64,000 nucleotides of DNA from an uncultured Bacteroidales bacterium (GCA_963809925.1 CAWELH010000010.1:261387-325386); one strand, 5' to 3'. Positions 19,573 to 29,795 are shown, numbered from the stretch's first letter. A program made the numbers and translations. Notes: generated from the sequence alone by a model not told the origin.

Positions 19573-21114
19573 ATGTTTAACCAAAACGACATCCGGCAGA
19601 TAGAAGGTAGAGGAATGACCCTTCCTGACATAGAACGACAAATCCAATGGTTCAAAGAGGGGATACCACCAATCCACCTCGTCAGGCCCGCTGTCATTGG
19701 AGATGGCATTGAAGTGGTTAAGCAGGAAGATGAAGAAGAGCTTATCCTTTGCTTTGACAACGATAAAACAGGGTATAAACCACTAAAATTCATCCCTGCG
19801 TCCGGAGCCGCTTCAAGAATGTTCAAATCACTTTTTGAGGCCCGGGCTTTTCTGAAGGAACATCCCGAAAGCAGTGAAACGTATCTTTCAGAAAATCCTG
19901 CCATAGCAAAATTTTTTAATGATCTCCCCATGTACCCATTTTATGCTGATCTGAAGGGAATAGCAACAGATTGGAACCTTGATCTCATGATCAGGGAAAG
20001 GAAATACCACGAAATTCTGAATCTGCTCCTGGGTGAAGATGGTCTGAATTACGGAGGATTACCAAAGGGATTGCTGAAATTCCATAACTACGGTGACCTT
20101 TCAAGGACTGCCTTTGAGGAACATTTTGCAGAAACGATGGATTACCTGGCTGATGAAGAAGAAGAAGTTCACCTGCATTTTACCGTTTCAGCGGAGAATA
20201 GACTTCAGTTTGAAGAACTTGCTAATGAACTTTCGGGTCTTTATGCCGAAAACAGGGGCACTCGATATATTGTCGAATTTTCTGAACAGATGGAAGATAC
20301 AGATTCCATTGCCGTTGATCTGAACGATGAAGTATTTCGGGATCCTGAAGGAAATCTTGTTTTCAGGCCAGGGGGCCATGGTGCACTTTTGGGAAATCTT
20401 GCCGGACTTGACAGTTCTGTAGTCTTTATTGGAAACATCGACAACATTGCTCCGGAGAAAGCCAGGCAATTTAAAGTAAAATATAAGAAGATCCTTGGCG
20501 GATTTCTTCTCGAACGGGTCAGGATCATCCACGCTCTTTTAGACAATCTGGAAAAGGGCGCATCAGATGATGTTACCAGGGAAAAAGTGATCGGCTTTAT
20601 TCGTGAAATTTCCTTCGACGAAGCAGAATCCCTGGAAAAAGAGACCGTAGACGTTTTTAATAGCAGAGCATTCAAATTTCTTGACCGGCCGGTGCGGGTA
20701 TGTGGTATGGTTGAAAACGTGGGAGAACCTGGTGGAGGGCCATTTTGGGTTAGCGATAACAATGGGATGATCAGTCGACAAATCGTCGAAAGGTCTCAGG
20801 TCGACCTGGAAGATCCGGAACAAAACAGAATACTCGAAATGTCGACACATTTCAACCCCGTCGATATGGTTTGTTTTATCAAGGATTACAGAGGAAAGCC
20901 GTTCGATCTTTTCTCCTTTCGTGATCCCGCCCTGGGTTTTATTTCGAATAAATCCATTAATGGTCAAGATATTAAGGCTCTTGAGCTTCCTGGTTTGTGG
21001 AACGGGTCTATGGCCGGTTGGATAACGTATTTCCTTGATATCCCGCTGGCTACCTTCACACCCGTAAAGACCATATTTGATCTTCTCAGACCCGAACATA
21101 GCCAGACCAACTGA
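19573..21114 (+). CDS. DUF4301-like protein with nucleotidyltransferase-like motifs (function unknown)
   Basis: 513 aa. I recognise the Bacteroidota DUF4301 type from memory. PASGAASRMFK and RPGGHGALL segments resemble sugar-1-phosphate nucleotidylyltransferase motifs. Confidence 0.55.
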   Translation: MFNQNDIRQIEGRGMTLPDIERQIQWFKEGIPPIHLVRPAVIGDGIEVVKQEDEEELILCFDNDKTGYKPLKFIPASGAASRMFKSLFEARAFLKEHPESSETYLSENPAIAKFFNDLPMYPFYADLKGIATDWNLDLMIRERKYHEILNLLLGEDGLNYGGLPKGLLKFHNYGDLSRTAFEEHFAETMDYLADEEEEVHLHFTVSAENRLQFEELANELSGLYAENRGTRYIVEFSEQMEDTDSIAVDLNDEVFRDPEGNLVFRPGGHGALLGNLAGLDSSVVFIGNIDNIAPEKARQFKVKYKKILGGFLLERVRIIHALLDNLEKGASDDVTREKVIGFIREISFDEAESLEKETVDVFNSRAFKFLDRPVRVCGMVENVGEPGGGPFWVSDNNGMISRQIVERSQVDLEDPEQNRILEMSTHFNPVDMVCFIKDYRGKPFDLFSFRDPALGFISNKSINGQDIKALELPGLWNGSMAGWITYFLDIPLATFTPVKTIFDLLRPEHSQTN

Positions 21115-21118
21115 AAGT

Positions 21119-22447
21119 TCACTCCGTTATCGTTTCACGCCAAAGCAACGACCATCCCTGCAGCCAGTTGTTGGAGCCGAAAGCACCTTTATACGTTACT
21201 TTCTCATACCATGAGGCTGGATATTTTGCCATATCCGAAAAGACCGTTGTGACCGGGAGCAGATCATAGGGAATGTTGTCATAGGTAATGCCATCATCGT
21301 CTATGGCGTCTGAATGATCCAAAAGATACATAGCCGGCGAAAAAGATATCGCACCTGTATTGTTTCCAAAGAATGAGATAAGACTGTCAGCATTGTTCCC
21401 GGCCACATCATAAAATATGCAGTTGCTGAATTCCAGACCGCCTTTTTTAAGTTGTGCATAGCTGCTTCCTTCCATTGTAGCCTCAATTCCGATTCCACGA
21501 CTACTGTTCAGAAAGATGGAATTCCGGTAAACCCCTCCACAGTTGGTATCAAACGAAAGAAGATAGGAAGTGTTCTCTTTTCCGCCACCAATATAGGTTG
21601 CATTGTAGATTTCCGGTTTTGTAAATGCCTTACCGCTACCTTCAATGTTTCCTCCGTTATGTTCGCCCGCATGATCGCTCAGATCCTCGTCCAGGAGAGC
21701 GAGCAGGAACTGACATTTACCAGAATATCCCTGATCAAAGTCAAAAGCATCGTCACCGCAAAATGCTACCGCTATATTGCTGCAATCGACAGTACCACCA
21801 AAGAACTCTACTCCATCGTCAGCATTGGCAACGACCTCGATATGATCGATAGTGGTTTTCCGTCCAACCCCTCCTAGTGTCAGACCATTGATTTCGTTTC
21901 CTTCACCGATATTCGTTCCGCCGTGGCGTATGGATACGTATTCCAGTATGCCTGAATTGTCATCACCGTCGTATCCTCCATAAATACCTCGTGGTTCACT
22001 GATGGGAATGCCTTCAATAAAAGCTTCTCCGGAAGCAGTATTTATTGGGGCATTGCCAAGGATAATTAATCCGCCCCACAGCCCCCGGCTTCGAAGAGGA
22101 ACAGAACCTTTCAGATCATCACCTTCAACAGTAAATATGATCGGTTCGTCAGACGTTCCGGATGCAATGATCCGGCCTCCCCTGGCTACAATGAGGGCAC
22201 TGGCATGGCTTCCCTGGCCGGTTTTTGCCTTGACTACCGTTCCGGGTTCGATGGTTAGTACCTGGCCGTCATTTACAAATACAAATCCATCGAGCAGGTA
22301 GGTATTGTCCTTTTTCCATGTTACCGTTCCGGTTCCCCCGCCCAGATCCAGAACGACATCGGTATTATCAATATAATAATCACCCTTGCGACAAGAAACC
22401 GTGATAAGGCAAAGTGACATCGAGAGGAGCAGGCTGTTTATTTTCAT
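21119..22447 (-). CDS. hypothetical lipoprotein, possible beta-helix repeats
   Basis: 442 aa with signal/lipobox (…CLITVSC). Gly/Asn/Asp-rich repetitive short strands; no catalytic motif recognised. Confidence 0.5.
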   Translation of the reverse strand: MKINSLLLSMSLCLITVSCRKGDYYIDNTDVVLDLGGGTGTVTWKKDNTYLLDGFVFVNDGQVLTIEPGTVVKAKTGQGSHASALIVARGGRIIASGTSDEPIIFTVEGDDLKGSVPLRSRGLWGGLIILGNAPINTASGEAFIEGIPISEPRGIYGGYDGDDNSGILEYVSIRHGGTNIGEGNEINGLTLGGVGRKTTIDHIEVVANADDGVEFFGGTVDCSNIAVAFCGDDAFDFDQGYSGKCQFLLALLDEDLSDHAGEHNGGNIEGSGKAFTKPEIYNATYIGGGKENTSYLLSFDTNCGGVYRNSIFLNSSRGIGIEATMEGSSYAQLKKGGLEFSNCIFYDVAGNNADSLISFFGNNTGAISFSPAMYLLDHSDAIDDDGITYDNIPYDLLPVTTVFSDMAKYPASWYEKVTYKGAFGSNNWLQGWSLLWRETITE

Positions 22448-22458
22448 AGGGAAAGAGG

Positions 22459-23448
22459 TTACAGTTTAAACTCTAGATTTACAAACAGAAAGGATTTATC
22501 AGCGCCATTTTTTGCGTACGAGTACCAGTCCTGGTAATTCAGTGAAATGTTTATACCGGCGACAGGTCTGTATTGAATTCCCGAAATAATGGCGCTGCCG
22601 TCACGGTTCAGGTTCCAGGGTATGTTCTCATTGGGTGAAAGGCTGGAATTTAACCAGTCATACCTCCCGAATACTTCCCAGGAATCCGACATGATATAGG
22701 TGCCATAAAACGAGTATCCCTGCAAATCATGTGCGTTGACAAAAGCGAAATTCTTCTGAAGGTTATATTCAGCCCCAAGGCGGTACTTTCCCGGATTGTA
22801 ACCGGCAAAAAAGGAATACGTACTCTGAGTAATATCTTTATGGTTGAAGTCGTAATAAAGCCTGAGTGTCACTTCAGTGGAGGGATGAAGAGTGATGCCT
22901 ATACCGGTTTTATAACTGTTGTCTGTTTGAAGGTTTTTATACCCTTCACCGTTTGAAACCACCAGGTCGGCTTCAAGAAAAGAACAGAATTTGTAACCGA
23001 CACCTGCACCGATGTCGGCGCTAGGGCCGAATTTATACTCATCCTGAAAGGATTTAAAGATATACCGGTATCCCCAGAAATTCTCCTGGACTTTAAATTC
23101 CATCATATCGAACAGGCCAAACCAAGCATTCAGTCTGTCTTTGTGATAGCTCAGTGAAGCTCCCTTGAAGTACGCATACCTTCGAATCAAAGAATATTCA
23201 GAAAGATCTTCCGGACTACCAATATCGAGTTTTACTTCAGCATCAAAATTATCACTGATAGCATGTTTATAACCCAAGTACACCCTGGTTACCTCGAAGG
23301 CGGTAGACCGATCGGCACTGGTGAGTCCAAGATGGAAATTGCTGTACACTTTCAGGATCTCCTCGCCATTGTCGTTCTGTGCACTCACAATCCGGTGCCA
23401 GCCTGGTAGCGTCAGTATGCAAAACAATGCCATTGGAATTTTTTTCAT
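22459..23448 (-). CDS. outer-membrane beta-barrel, porin-like (possibly phosphate-porin-like)
   Basis: ORF track extends to 23538, but MKKIPMALFCILTL… at 23448 gives a proper signal peptide. Alternating aromatic/hydrophilic strands run throughout. Confidence 0.55.
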   Translation of the reverse strand: MKKIPMALFCILTLPGWHRIVSAQNDNGEEILKVYSNFHLGLTSADRSTAFEVTRVYLGYKHAISDNFDAEVKLDIGSPEDLSEYSLIRRYAYFKGASLSYHKDRLNAWFGLFDMMEFKVQENFWGYRYIFKSFQDEYKFGPSADIGAGVGYKFCSFLEADLVVSNGEGYKNLQTDNSYKTGIGITLHPSTEVTLRLYYDFNHKDITQSTYSFFAGYNPGKYRLGAEYNLQKNFAFVNAHDLQGYSFYGTYIMSDSWEVFGRYDWLNSSLSPNENIPWNLNRDGSAIISGIQYRPVAGINISLNYQDWYSYAKNGADKSFLFVNLEFKL

Positions 23449-23679
23449 CAGTTTAATTTTTTCAGTTAAAACAGCACCAGGATGAGTAAGCGATTCATAC
23501 CTTAAATAAAGCTGATCTTTAAATGATAAGGCCCGCAAAGTCTCCGGCTATGTGTCATCTGTCAGGGGATGATCCCTGGGTCTTGAAGGCAATATTAATC
23601 ATATCTTAAAAATATAAGATTAAATTAAATTAAAATTAAGATTAAGCTTAAATCACCTTCAGGTTTACTTAATACGTGT

Positions 23680-24087
23680 ATGATACCTTTGACTAAAACA
23701 TTTCCGATGCATGTATCAGTCCTGATTCTGAGTTTTCTTTTTTCCATGGGTTTCCAAAGCCATCGTGCTGGTGACACTCCGGTAGCCCGAAGTATGAATG
23801 CCGTAATTACAGGGAAAATTACCGATAACAGAACCGGGGAAGAATTGACCGGGGTCACGGTCAGGGTTGAGGGCACAGATGAAGAAGTTTTTACTGATCT
23901 GAATGGTGAATTTGAGATCAGGGCTGTACCCTCAGGGTCAAGCTTCAATCTCGAAGTAGAGATGATATCCTACAGGAAAACCATCGTAAGGAATGTTGAA
24001 CCTGGACAACCGGTTATCCTTATAAGGCTCAACGGTAACAGCACTGACCGGGCAGGAAAGAAGATACCCCTCCGTCCTGCAGCTTGA
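23680..24087 (+). CDS. small secreted CarboxypepD_reg-domain protein
   Basis: 135 aa with a signal peptide and …ITGKITDNRTGEELTGVTVRVEGTDEEVFTDLNGEFEI…, a carboxypeptidase-regulatory-like fold signature. Confidence 0.6.
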   Translation: MIPLTKTFPMHVSVLILSFLFSMGFQSHRAGDTPVARSMNAVITGKITDNRTGEELTGVTVRVEGTDEEVFTDLNGEFEIRAVPSGSSFNLEVEMISYRKTIVRNVEPGQPVILIRLNGNSTDRAGKKIPLRPAA

Positions 24088-24229
24088 TTTTCCTGACCCT
24101 GGCACCTTATCCCTTCAAGCACCCCGGGCTAATAATGACAGGCGCTTTTTTTTCTCTCCTGGTATCCCCGTTCACCGCAATTATCTTATCTTTATGCTGG
24201 ATAAATGATCTTCAACAAATTCAATAAAT

Positions 24230-24925
24230 ATGGATTACAGCAAGTATAAGATTCTACTCGTGGACGACGAGGAAGATATTCTTGAATTTCTAAGCTATAA
24301 TCTTGAAAAGGAAGGCTTCCTGATTTCAAAAGCATCCAATGGTGTAGATGCAGTTAAAACAGCCAGGGAAATTGAACCACATCTCATTCTTCTCGATGTT
24401 ATGATGCCCGGAATGGATGGGATCGAGACCTGTGAGGAATTACGGAAAATCCCCGGTCTGAACAATGTCCTTATCGCGTTTCTGACCGCCAGGGGAGAGG
24501 ACTACAGCCAGATAGCCGGATTTGAAGCAGGAGGTGACGATTACATCACCAAGCCCATCAAGCCCAAGCTGCTTATCAGCCGGGTTAAAGCCTTGCTGAA
24601 ACGATACCGGAAAGTAACCAAAGAAATGGAAAAGGATGGCGTTTCACAGCAGGTCGATGATGTCATTATCGACAAAGAGAGGTACCTGGTCATTGTGAAA
24701 GGGATTGAAATGTTTCTACCCAAGAAAGAATTCGAATTGCTGAATCTCCTGATTTCTAGACCTGAAAAAGTCTTTACACGTGAAGAAATTTTCCAGCGCG
24801 TATGGGGCGACAACATCATTGTCGGCGACCGTACCATTGATGTGCATATAAGGAAACTCAGAGAAAAACTGGGCAATGATTACATCCGTACCATCAAAGG
24901 TGTTGGGTATAAGTTTTCTGCTTGA
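24230..24925 (+). CDS. OmpR/PhoB-family response regulator (receiver + winged helix)
   Basis: 231 aa with the receiver motif …ILLVDDEEDILEF…LILLDVMMPGMDG… and C-terminal …DRTIDVHIRKLREK…IKGVGYKF. No histidine kinase is adjacent. Confidence 0.9.
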   Translation: MDYSKYKILLVDDEEDILEFLSYNLEKEGFLISKASNGVDAVKTAREIEPHLILLDVMMPGMDGIETCEELRKIPGLNNVLIAFLTARGEDYSQIAGFEAGGDDYITKPIKPKLLISRVKALLKRYRKVTKEMEKDGVSQQVDDVIIDKERYLVIVKGIEMFLPKKEFELLNLLISRPEKVFTREEIFQRVWGDNIIVGDRTIDVHIRKLREKLGNDYIRTIKGVGYKFSA

Positions 24926-24967
24926 AAGCAAAGTTTATAGAGGCATTCCGGAAAGGGAGCTACTATC

Positions 24968-27253
24968 CTAAATTGGTACACTCCCTTTAATCACCGACCT
25001 TTTATCCATTTCAATGAATTCCTGATGGGCTTCAAGAACATTCGTTACGAAAAGCAGTAAATTCTTGGATTCAGTCAGGATGTCAAGATATACCATGGTT
25101 ACCTTGGTCCCTTTACCAGCTTTCTTCAGTGATTTAACCTGTTTTTTCCTAAGATTATTCGTCATTTCTATCAGTTCATCCCTTATCTTCTTAATCTCAT
25201 TGAGATGCTCAAATGAATTCTTCTTCAGAATGGTAAGAGCATAGTTGAAATACTCCGACATCTTCTCATTGAATTTCAGCAGTTCATCCGTTTGGTCCGC
25301 ACTCAAAGGAGGATGATTGTTATCTACATGGACGAACAGTGGCTGTATGAAGTAATAAAGTCCATTCGTTGTTTCCCTCAGGTAATCAAGCACCTGAACA
25401 TAGTGATGACCTGATTCGATCTCATCCTCCTTAAGCTTCTGAATGGTTAAGTGTACATTGTTCTTTAGCTCCTTGGTTTCCTTGTTAAGATCGCGGGATT
25501 CCTTCCGTATGGATGCCAGTTCCTTCCTTTTCTCTTTTGTGAAGTTCAGAATGGACATATAGTATAATTTTGCCACCTGTATTATTATCCTGGTTACTGT
25601 ATCGGAACAGGAATTGATAATATTTTCCGCGCTGAGTCCTTCATGTGATACCCGCGATTCAATTCTGGCTGCTTCTGCGCTTTCACGTTTCTTATGAATG
25701 GAATGTGTGCGAAAAACGACAAAGATGGACAGAATGATCAGTGCGAAGATAACCACCATTCCACCAAAATAGATAAGTACAGCCAGGAGGAAGGCTGAAG
25801 TAAATGCAGTGATGGCTGTTAGAAACCAACCGCCTATTACGGTCAGCATACCAGTGATCCGGTATACGGCACTCTCACGTCCCCATGCACCATCCGAAAG
25901 CGATGAACCCATAGCGACCATAAATGTAACATAAGTAGTAGACAGGGGTAATTTGAGTGAAGTGCCGGTGCTGATAAGAATACTCGCTACCACAAGGTTC
26001 ACTGAAGCGCGCACAAGGTCGAAGGCCATAACCTCTTTGGATTGTTTCTTCTTTGTTTCCTTTTCGGACAATGTCTGATCAAAGCGGCGGTCCACAAATT
26101 TAAGTACCCGGTTAGGCGTATATTTTCTTATAACAGCACCGCTGTCAACCGACCAGCGGACAAGAAAGCGTGCCAACACTGATGATTCAAATCGTTCTGT
26201 GCCCTCACTCTGCCGACTCAGATCTACTGTAGTTGCCGTTACTGAACGTGACTTTCTTGAGAAACGCAGTGTAAGCGACATGATAATACCGGCGATTAAA
26301 AGAATAAAGGTTGGCGTTCTTACCGGGCCGTTAAGGATATCCATAAGATAGGCTCCGGGCTCTGCGGTTGAGTGCAGAAATGCTTTGAACGACTCGAAGC
26401 CGGCCAGTGGTACGCCGATAAAGTTCACAAGGTCGTTGCCGGCAAAAGCCATCGCAAGTGCGAAAGTACCGAACAAAACAATGATCTTCAGAATATTGAC
26501 ACGTGTGAAGGTGACGATAAGCTGAAAAAGTATTGCTCCGCCAATAAAACTGTAAAGGATGATATTCCCAGTATTACTGCTAATCCATTCATTCATGCTC
26601 TCACTGGTGAAGGAAGCACCGTGTACCCCTTTAACCAGAAGAAAATACGATATTGCCGAGATGGAAAAGCCTCCCCAGAGTCCACCCCAGTATTTAATGG
26701 TTTTCGTTATCCGGAACGAGAAGAACAACCGGATGATCCATTGAACGATAGCTCCCACACTAAATGCGATCAAGACCGAGATGAAGATCCCTGAGATGAT
26801 ACCGAGGGCTTTGGCGGAGTTGATATAATTGGCCAGCTCTGCCATACCCTGAGCTGCCTTACTGATCTTTATGACCGACATGGCAACCGCAGCACCAAGC
26901 AGCTCAAACACGATCGAAACCGTTGTAGAGGTTGGTAATGCAAAAGTATTAAACAGATCAAGAAGGATAATATCCGTCATCATTACCGCCAGGAAAATGA
27001 CCATGATCTCTGAAAAGTAAAACATGTCCGGATTGAAAATACTCTTACGCGCCACTTCCATCATGCCGCTTGAAAATGTCGCCCCCACGATTACCCCGAG
27101 CGCTGCCACTGCAACAATTATCTTGAAAGGAGCAGCCTTGGAACCGATGGCTGAGTTGAGGAAGTTGACCGCGTCATTGCTTACTCCTACAACAAGGTCA
27201 GAGATCGCAAGCGCGAAAAGTACGATAACAATGATTAGATAATAATATTCCAT
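24968..27253 (-). CDS. PiT-family inorganic phosphate transporter with C-terminal cytoplasmic PhoU/DUF47-like extension
   Basis: ORF track starts at a TTG at 27298; an ATG lies at 27253 (MEYYYLIIV…). PHO4/PiT signature GVSNDAVNFLNSAIGS and a second half …GNDLVNFIGVPL…. The last ~230 aa are helical, charged and non-membrane. Confidence 0.85.
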   Translation of the reverse strand: MEYYYLIIVIVLFALAISDLVVGVSNDAVNFLNSAIGSKAAPFKIIVAVAALGVIVGATFSSGMMEVARKSIFNPDMFYFSEIMVIFLAVMMTDIILLDLFNTFALPTSTTVSIVFELLGAAVAMSVIKISKAAQGMAELANYINSAKALGIISGIFISVLIAFSVGAIVQWIIRLFFSFRITKTIKYWGGLWGGFSISAISYFLLVKGVHGASFTSESMNEWISSNTGNIILYSFIGGAILFQLIVTFTRVNILKIIVLFGTFALAMAFAGNDLVNFIGVPLAGFESFKAFLHSTAEPGAYLMDILNGPVRTPTFILLIAGIIMSLTLRFSRKSRSVTATTVDLSRQSEGTERFESSVLARFLVRWSVDSGAVIRKYTPNRVLKFVDRRFDQTLSEKETKKKQSKEVMAFDLVRASVNLVVASILISTGTSLKLPLSTTYVTFMVAMGSSLSDGAWGRESAVYRITGMLTVIGGWFLTAITAFTSAFLLAVLIYFGGMVVIFALIILSIFVVFRTHSIHKKRESAEAARIESRVSHEGLSAENIINSCSDTVTRIIIQVAKLYYMSILNFTKEKRKELASIRKESRDLNKETKELKNNVHLTIQKLKEDEIESGHHYVQVLDYLRETTNGLYYFIQPLFVHVDNNHPPLSADQTDELLKFNEKMSEYFNYALTILKKNSFEHLNEIKKIRDELIEMTNNLRKKQVKSLKKAGKGTKVTMVYLDILTESKNLLLFVTNVLEAHQEFIEMDKRSVIKGSVPI

Positions 27254-27419
27254 TTTTCTTTTATCTAAGTGCGAGGCAATATTATTCAAATATTCCAAAA
27301 AGAATATTAATCAAATGTTAACATAAAATGAACAGTTTGTTAATGCTGGGTTATCTGGTGTTTATTTAAAATTATTCTATTGATAAAGATAAATTAACGA
27401 TCGCTTAAATCTGCTGGAT

Positions 27420-27427
27420 TACATTTG
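27420..27427 (+). promoter_or_regulatory. candidate -7 promoter box (TAnnTTTG)
   Basis: TACATTTG lies 41 nt upstream of the ATG at 27469. Confidence 0.35.
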
Positions 27428-27468
27428 ATGCCAGAGATTTCCGGTCCTTAGTTTTAATTTTTAAATTA

Positions 27469-28185
27469 ATGCAGAATAGCATGATTGAAAACGTGTATAA
27501 GATTCTGGTGGTGGACGATGAAGAGGATATCGTTGAATTTGTAAGCTATAATCTCAGAAGGGAAGGTTTCAATGTAAATGTGGCCAGGAACGGAAGGGAA
27601 GCCATAAATACTGCTGTTTCGTTTCATCCCCATCTTATACTTCTCGATATTATGATGCCCGAAATGGACGGGATAGAAACCTGCGAGGAGATCAGGACCA
27701 TTCCGTCGCTCTCAGATACACTTATCGCATTTCTCACTGCACGTTCGGAGGATTATACGCAAATAGCTGGCTTCAGTGCCGGAGCTGATGATTTCATCTC
27801 TAAGCCGGTAAGACCAAAAGTACTGACCAGCCGTATCAAAGCATTGCTTAAGAGGTGCAGGACGGAACATTCCGCAATTCCGGATACCGCCAATGAATTT
27901 CAGAACGGTAATCTTGTAATTGACAAAGAAAAACACCTGGTAATCGTTGAGGGTCAGGAAATTGATCTTCCCAGAAAAGAATTCAATCTTCTCTCATTAC
28001 TCACATCAAAGCCTTCCAGAGTTTTTACCAGGGAAGAGATCTTCGATCACATCTGGGGGAGCGACGTCTATGTAAATGACAGAACCATCGACGTATATAT
28101 TCGCAAACTCAGAGAAAAAATCGGCCTCAATAAAATAAAAACCATAAAAGGTGTAGGGTATAAATTTGAAGCCCGACCTTTGTGA
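27469..28185 (+). CDS. OmpR/PhoB-family response regulator, paralog of 24230..24925
   Basis: 238 aa. It shares long identical strings with the other regulator (HLILLD, MDGIETCEE, LIAFLTAR, VFTREEIF, IKGVGYKF). No kinase is adjacent. Confidence 0.9.
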   Translation: MQNSMIENVYKILVVDDEEDIVEFVSYNLRREGFNVNVARNGREAINTAVSFHPHLILLDIMMPEMDGIETCEEIRTIPSLSDTLIAFLTARSEDYTQIAGFSAGADDFISKPVRPKVLTSRIKALLKRCRTEHSAIPDTANEFQNGNLVIDKEKHLVIVEGQEIDLPRKEFNLLSLLTSKPSRVFTREEIFDHIWGSDVYVNDRTIDVYIRKLREKIGLNKIKTIKGVGYKFEARPL

Positions 28186-28205
28186 GTGAACTCATCAAGC
28201 TATGA

Positions 28206-29549
28206 TCACCTTGCTTTCACTGTAGTTGATTCATTGATCCAGCATCCGATTCGGTAGGTATCGCCTTCCTTCAGACTCCTGAAGAAGGTTTCTTCAACAG
28301 ATGGAAAATTTGATCTGTACTGACTAATGAGCTCTCCGGCTTTCATATCACTCTCGGGATCTGCCTCCTTTGCCTTTTTACAGTAATCCACTGCCAGCCA
28401 GTAGACGGCCTTTCGTTCGAAATCTTCCGATGCGCAGGCGTCAATCCCTGTAATATAAGCGTTGGCGATAACAAAATAAGGATCGGCCCATCCCGGCTTG
28501 TTTTTGATTGCTTGTAAAGCTGCGTCCCTGGCTTCAGAGAAACGTCCCAGTTTAGTAGATAATACCAGCGACAACTGGTACTGGTATACAGCTTTCTGCT
28601 CAGGCTTGCTTTCCGCAGCAATCGCTTTGTCCAGATATCCTGCTGCCTTAACGAAATTCTCATTCCTAATGTAAAATCGAGCCAGTTCATAGGCCTTGCC
28701 GGCATCTGGCGAAATATCCATGAGCTTTTCTGTTATCCAGGCATAAAATGCGGAATTATCGCAGCCCGCGGAGGAAAGTAGTCCTGAAGCAATATTCAGT
28801 AAAGCCGGATCAGGATCAGCTGTTTGGATTTTGTCAGAAAAGACGGATTCAATTACTTCACAGTCCTGAATCCCGCTGACGGCCATAACCTTATCCATCG
28901 ACTCCTTCACTCTTTTGATTCCTGAAGCGCTACCTCCTTTAGACTTTATCTCAGACAGCAATCCGGTGCACATCAGGTAATTATTGAGGAAGTCACTAGA
29001 GCTGATCTTATCAGCTTTCATCATCACCAGTCCGGTCTGTACAAGCCCCACAATCACATTGAGGTCTGTTTCGCTGCCGGAAAGGTTGGAAGACGTTAAA
29101 AAAGCATAGTAAGCATCTTCATAATCCTTATCGTTGTATCGTATGATATCAATCCCTTTCCTGCCAAGTACATACCCCTCTTCCCCAAAATACTTTATCC
29201 TGAGGTCGTAATTCAGCATCAAGGTATCAAAGTATGCAGATTTCAATGCCGGATCACGGCTGTCCTCAATCAGTTTCCTGAAAATCTTGACTCCGGAAAT
29301 ATATATATTCTTACTGGAAGCCGGACAGTTGGCAAATACATTTCTCCATGCTGGTAGTGCATATTCGAACATACTGATTTTCATGTACTCCGATAAGGTT
29401 GAGAGTTCAGCGGCACAATTGATCCTCGATGCACTATCATTCCCATAGGCGGGGTTTGCAGAAGGCGGCACATCCTGTCCGTATACAATAATACAAAAAA
29501 ACAAAGCAAGATTAGTGGTTAGTACTCTGGTATTCAGGTACTTATTCAT
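28206..29549 (-). CDS. TPR-repeat protein, secreted (function unknown)
   Basis: 447 aa with a signal peptide and a C-terminal half of TPR-like helical repeats (…AYELARFYIRNENFVKAAGYLDKAI…). Confidence 0.6.
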   Translation of the reverse strand: MNKYLNTRVLTTNLALFFCIIVYGQDVPPSANPAYGNDSASRINCAAELSTLSEYMKISMFEYALPAWRNVFANCPASSKNIYISGVKIFRKLIEDSRDPALKSAYFDTLMLNYDLRIKYFGEEGYVLGRKGIDIIRYNDKDYEDAYYAFLTSSNLSGSETDLNVIVGLVQTGLVMMKADKISSSDFLNNYLMCTGLLSEIKSKGGSASGIKRVKESMDKVMAVSGIQDCEVIESVFSDKIQTADPDPALLNIASGLLSSAGCDNSAFYAWITEKLMDISPDAGKAYELARFYIRNENFVKAAGYLDKAIAAESKPEQKAVYQYQLSLVLSTKLGRFSEARDAALQAIKNKPGWADPYFVIANAYITGIDACASEDFERKAVYWLAVDYCKKAKEADPESDMKAGELISQYRSNFPSVEETFFRSLKEGDTYRIGCWINESTTVKAR

Positions 29550-29795
29550 AATAGTTAAATTTGATGAATATAAATGTTCTCATGTGTGTACAAAAACCGT
29601 GCTATTGGCATTGATCATTATATGAATAAACAATGAAACAAAAACTACGCAGAAATAGTAAAAAAAGAAGGCGAAAATAATAAAATTTGTCATTCAAATG
29701 TAAATTTTTCTTTCTTAAAAATTTTTGTACATTTAGATGGGTGTTGATTTGTCGGTGTGCAGAAGGATTGAGTATTTATCAAAACCTTCATCGTC

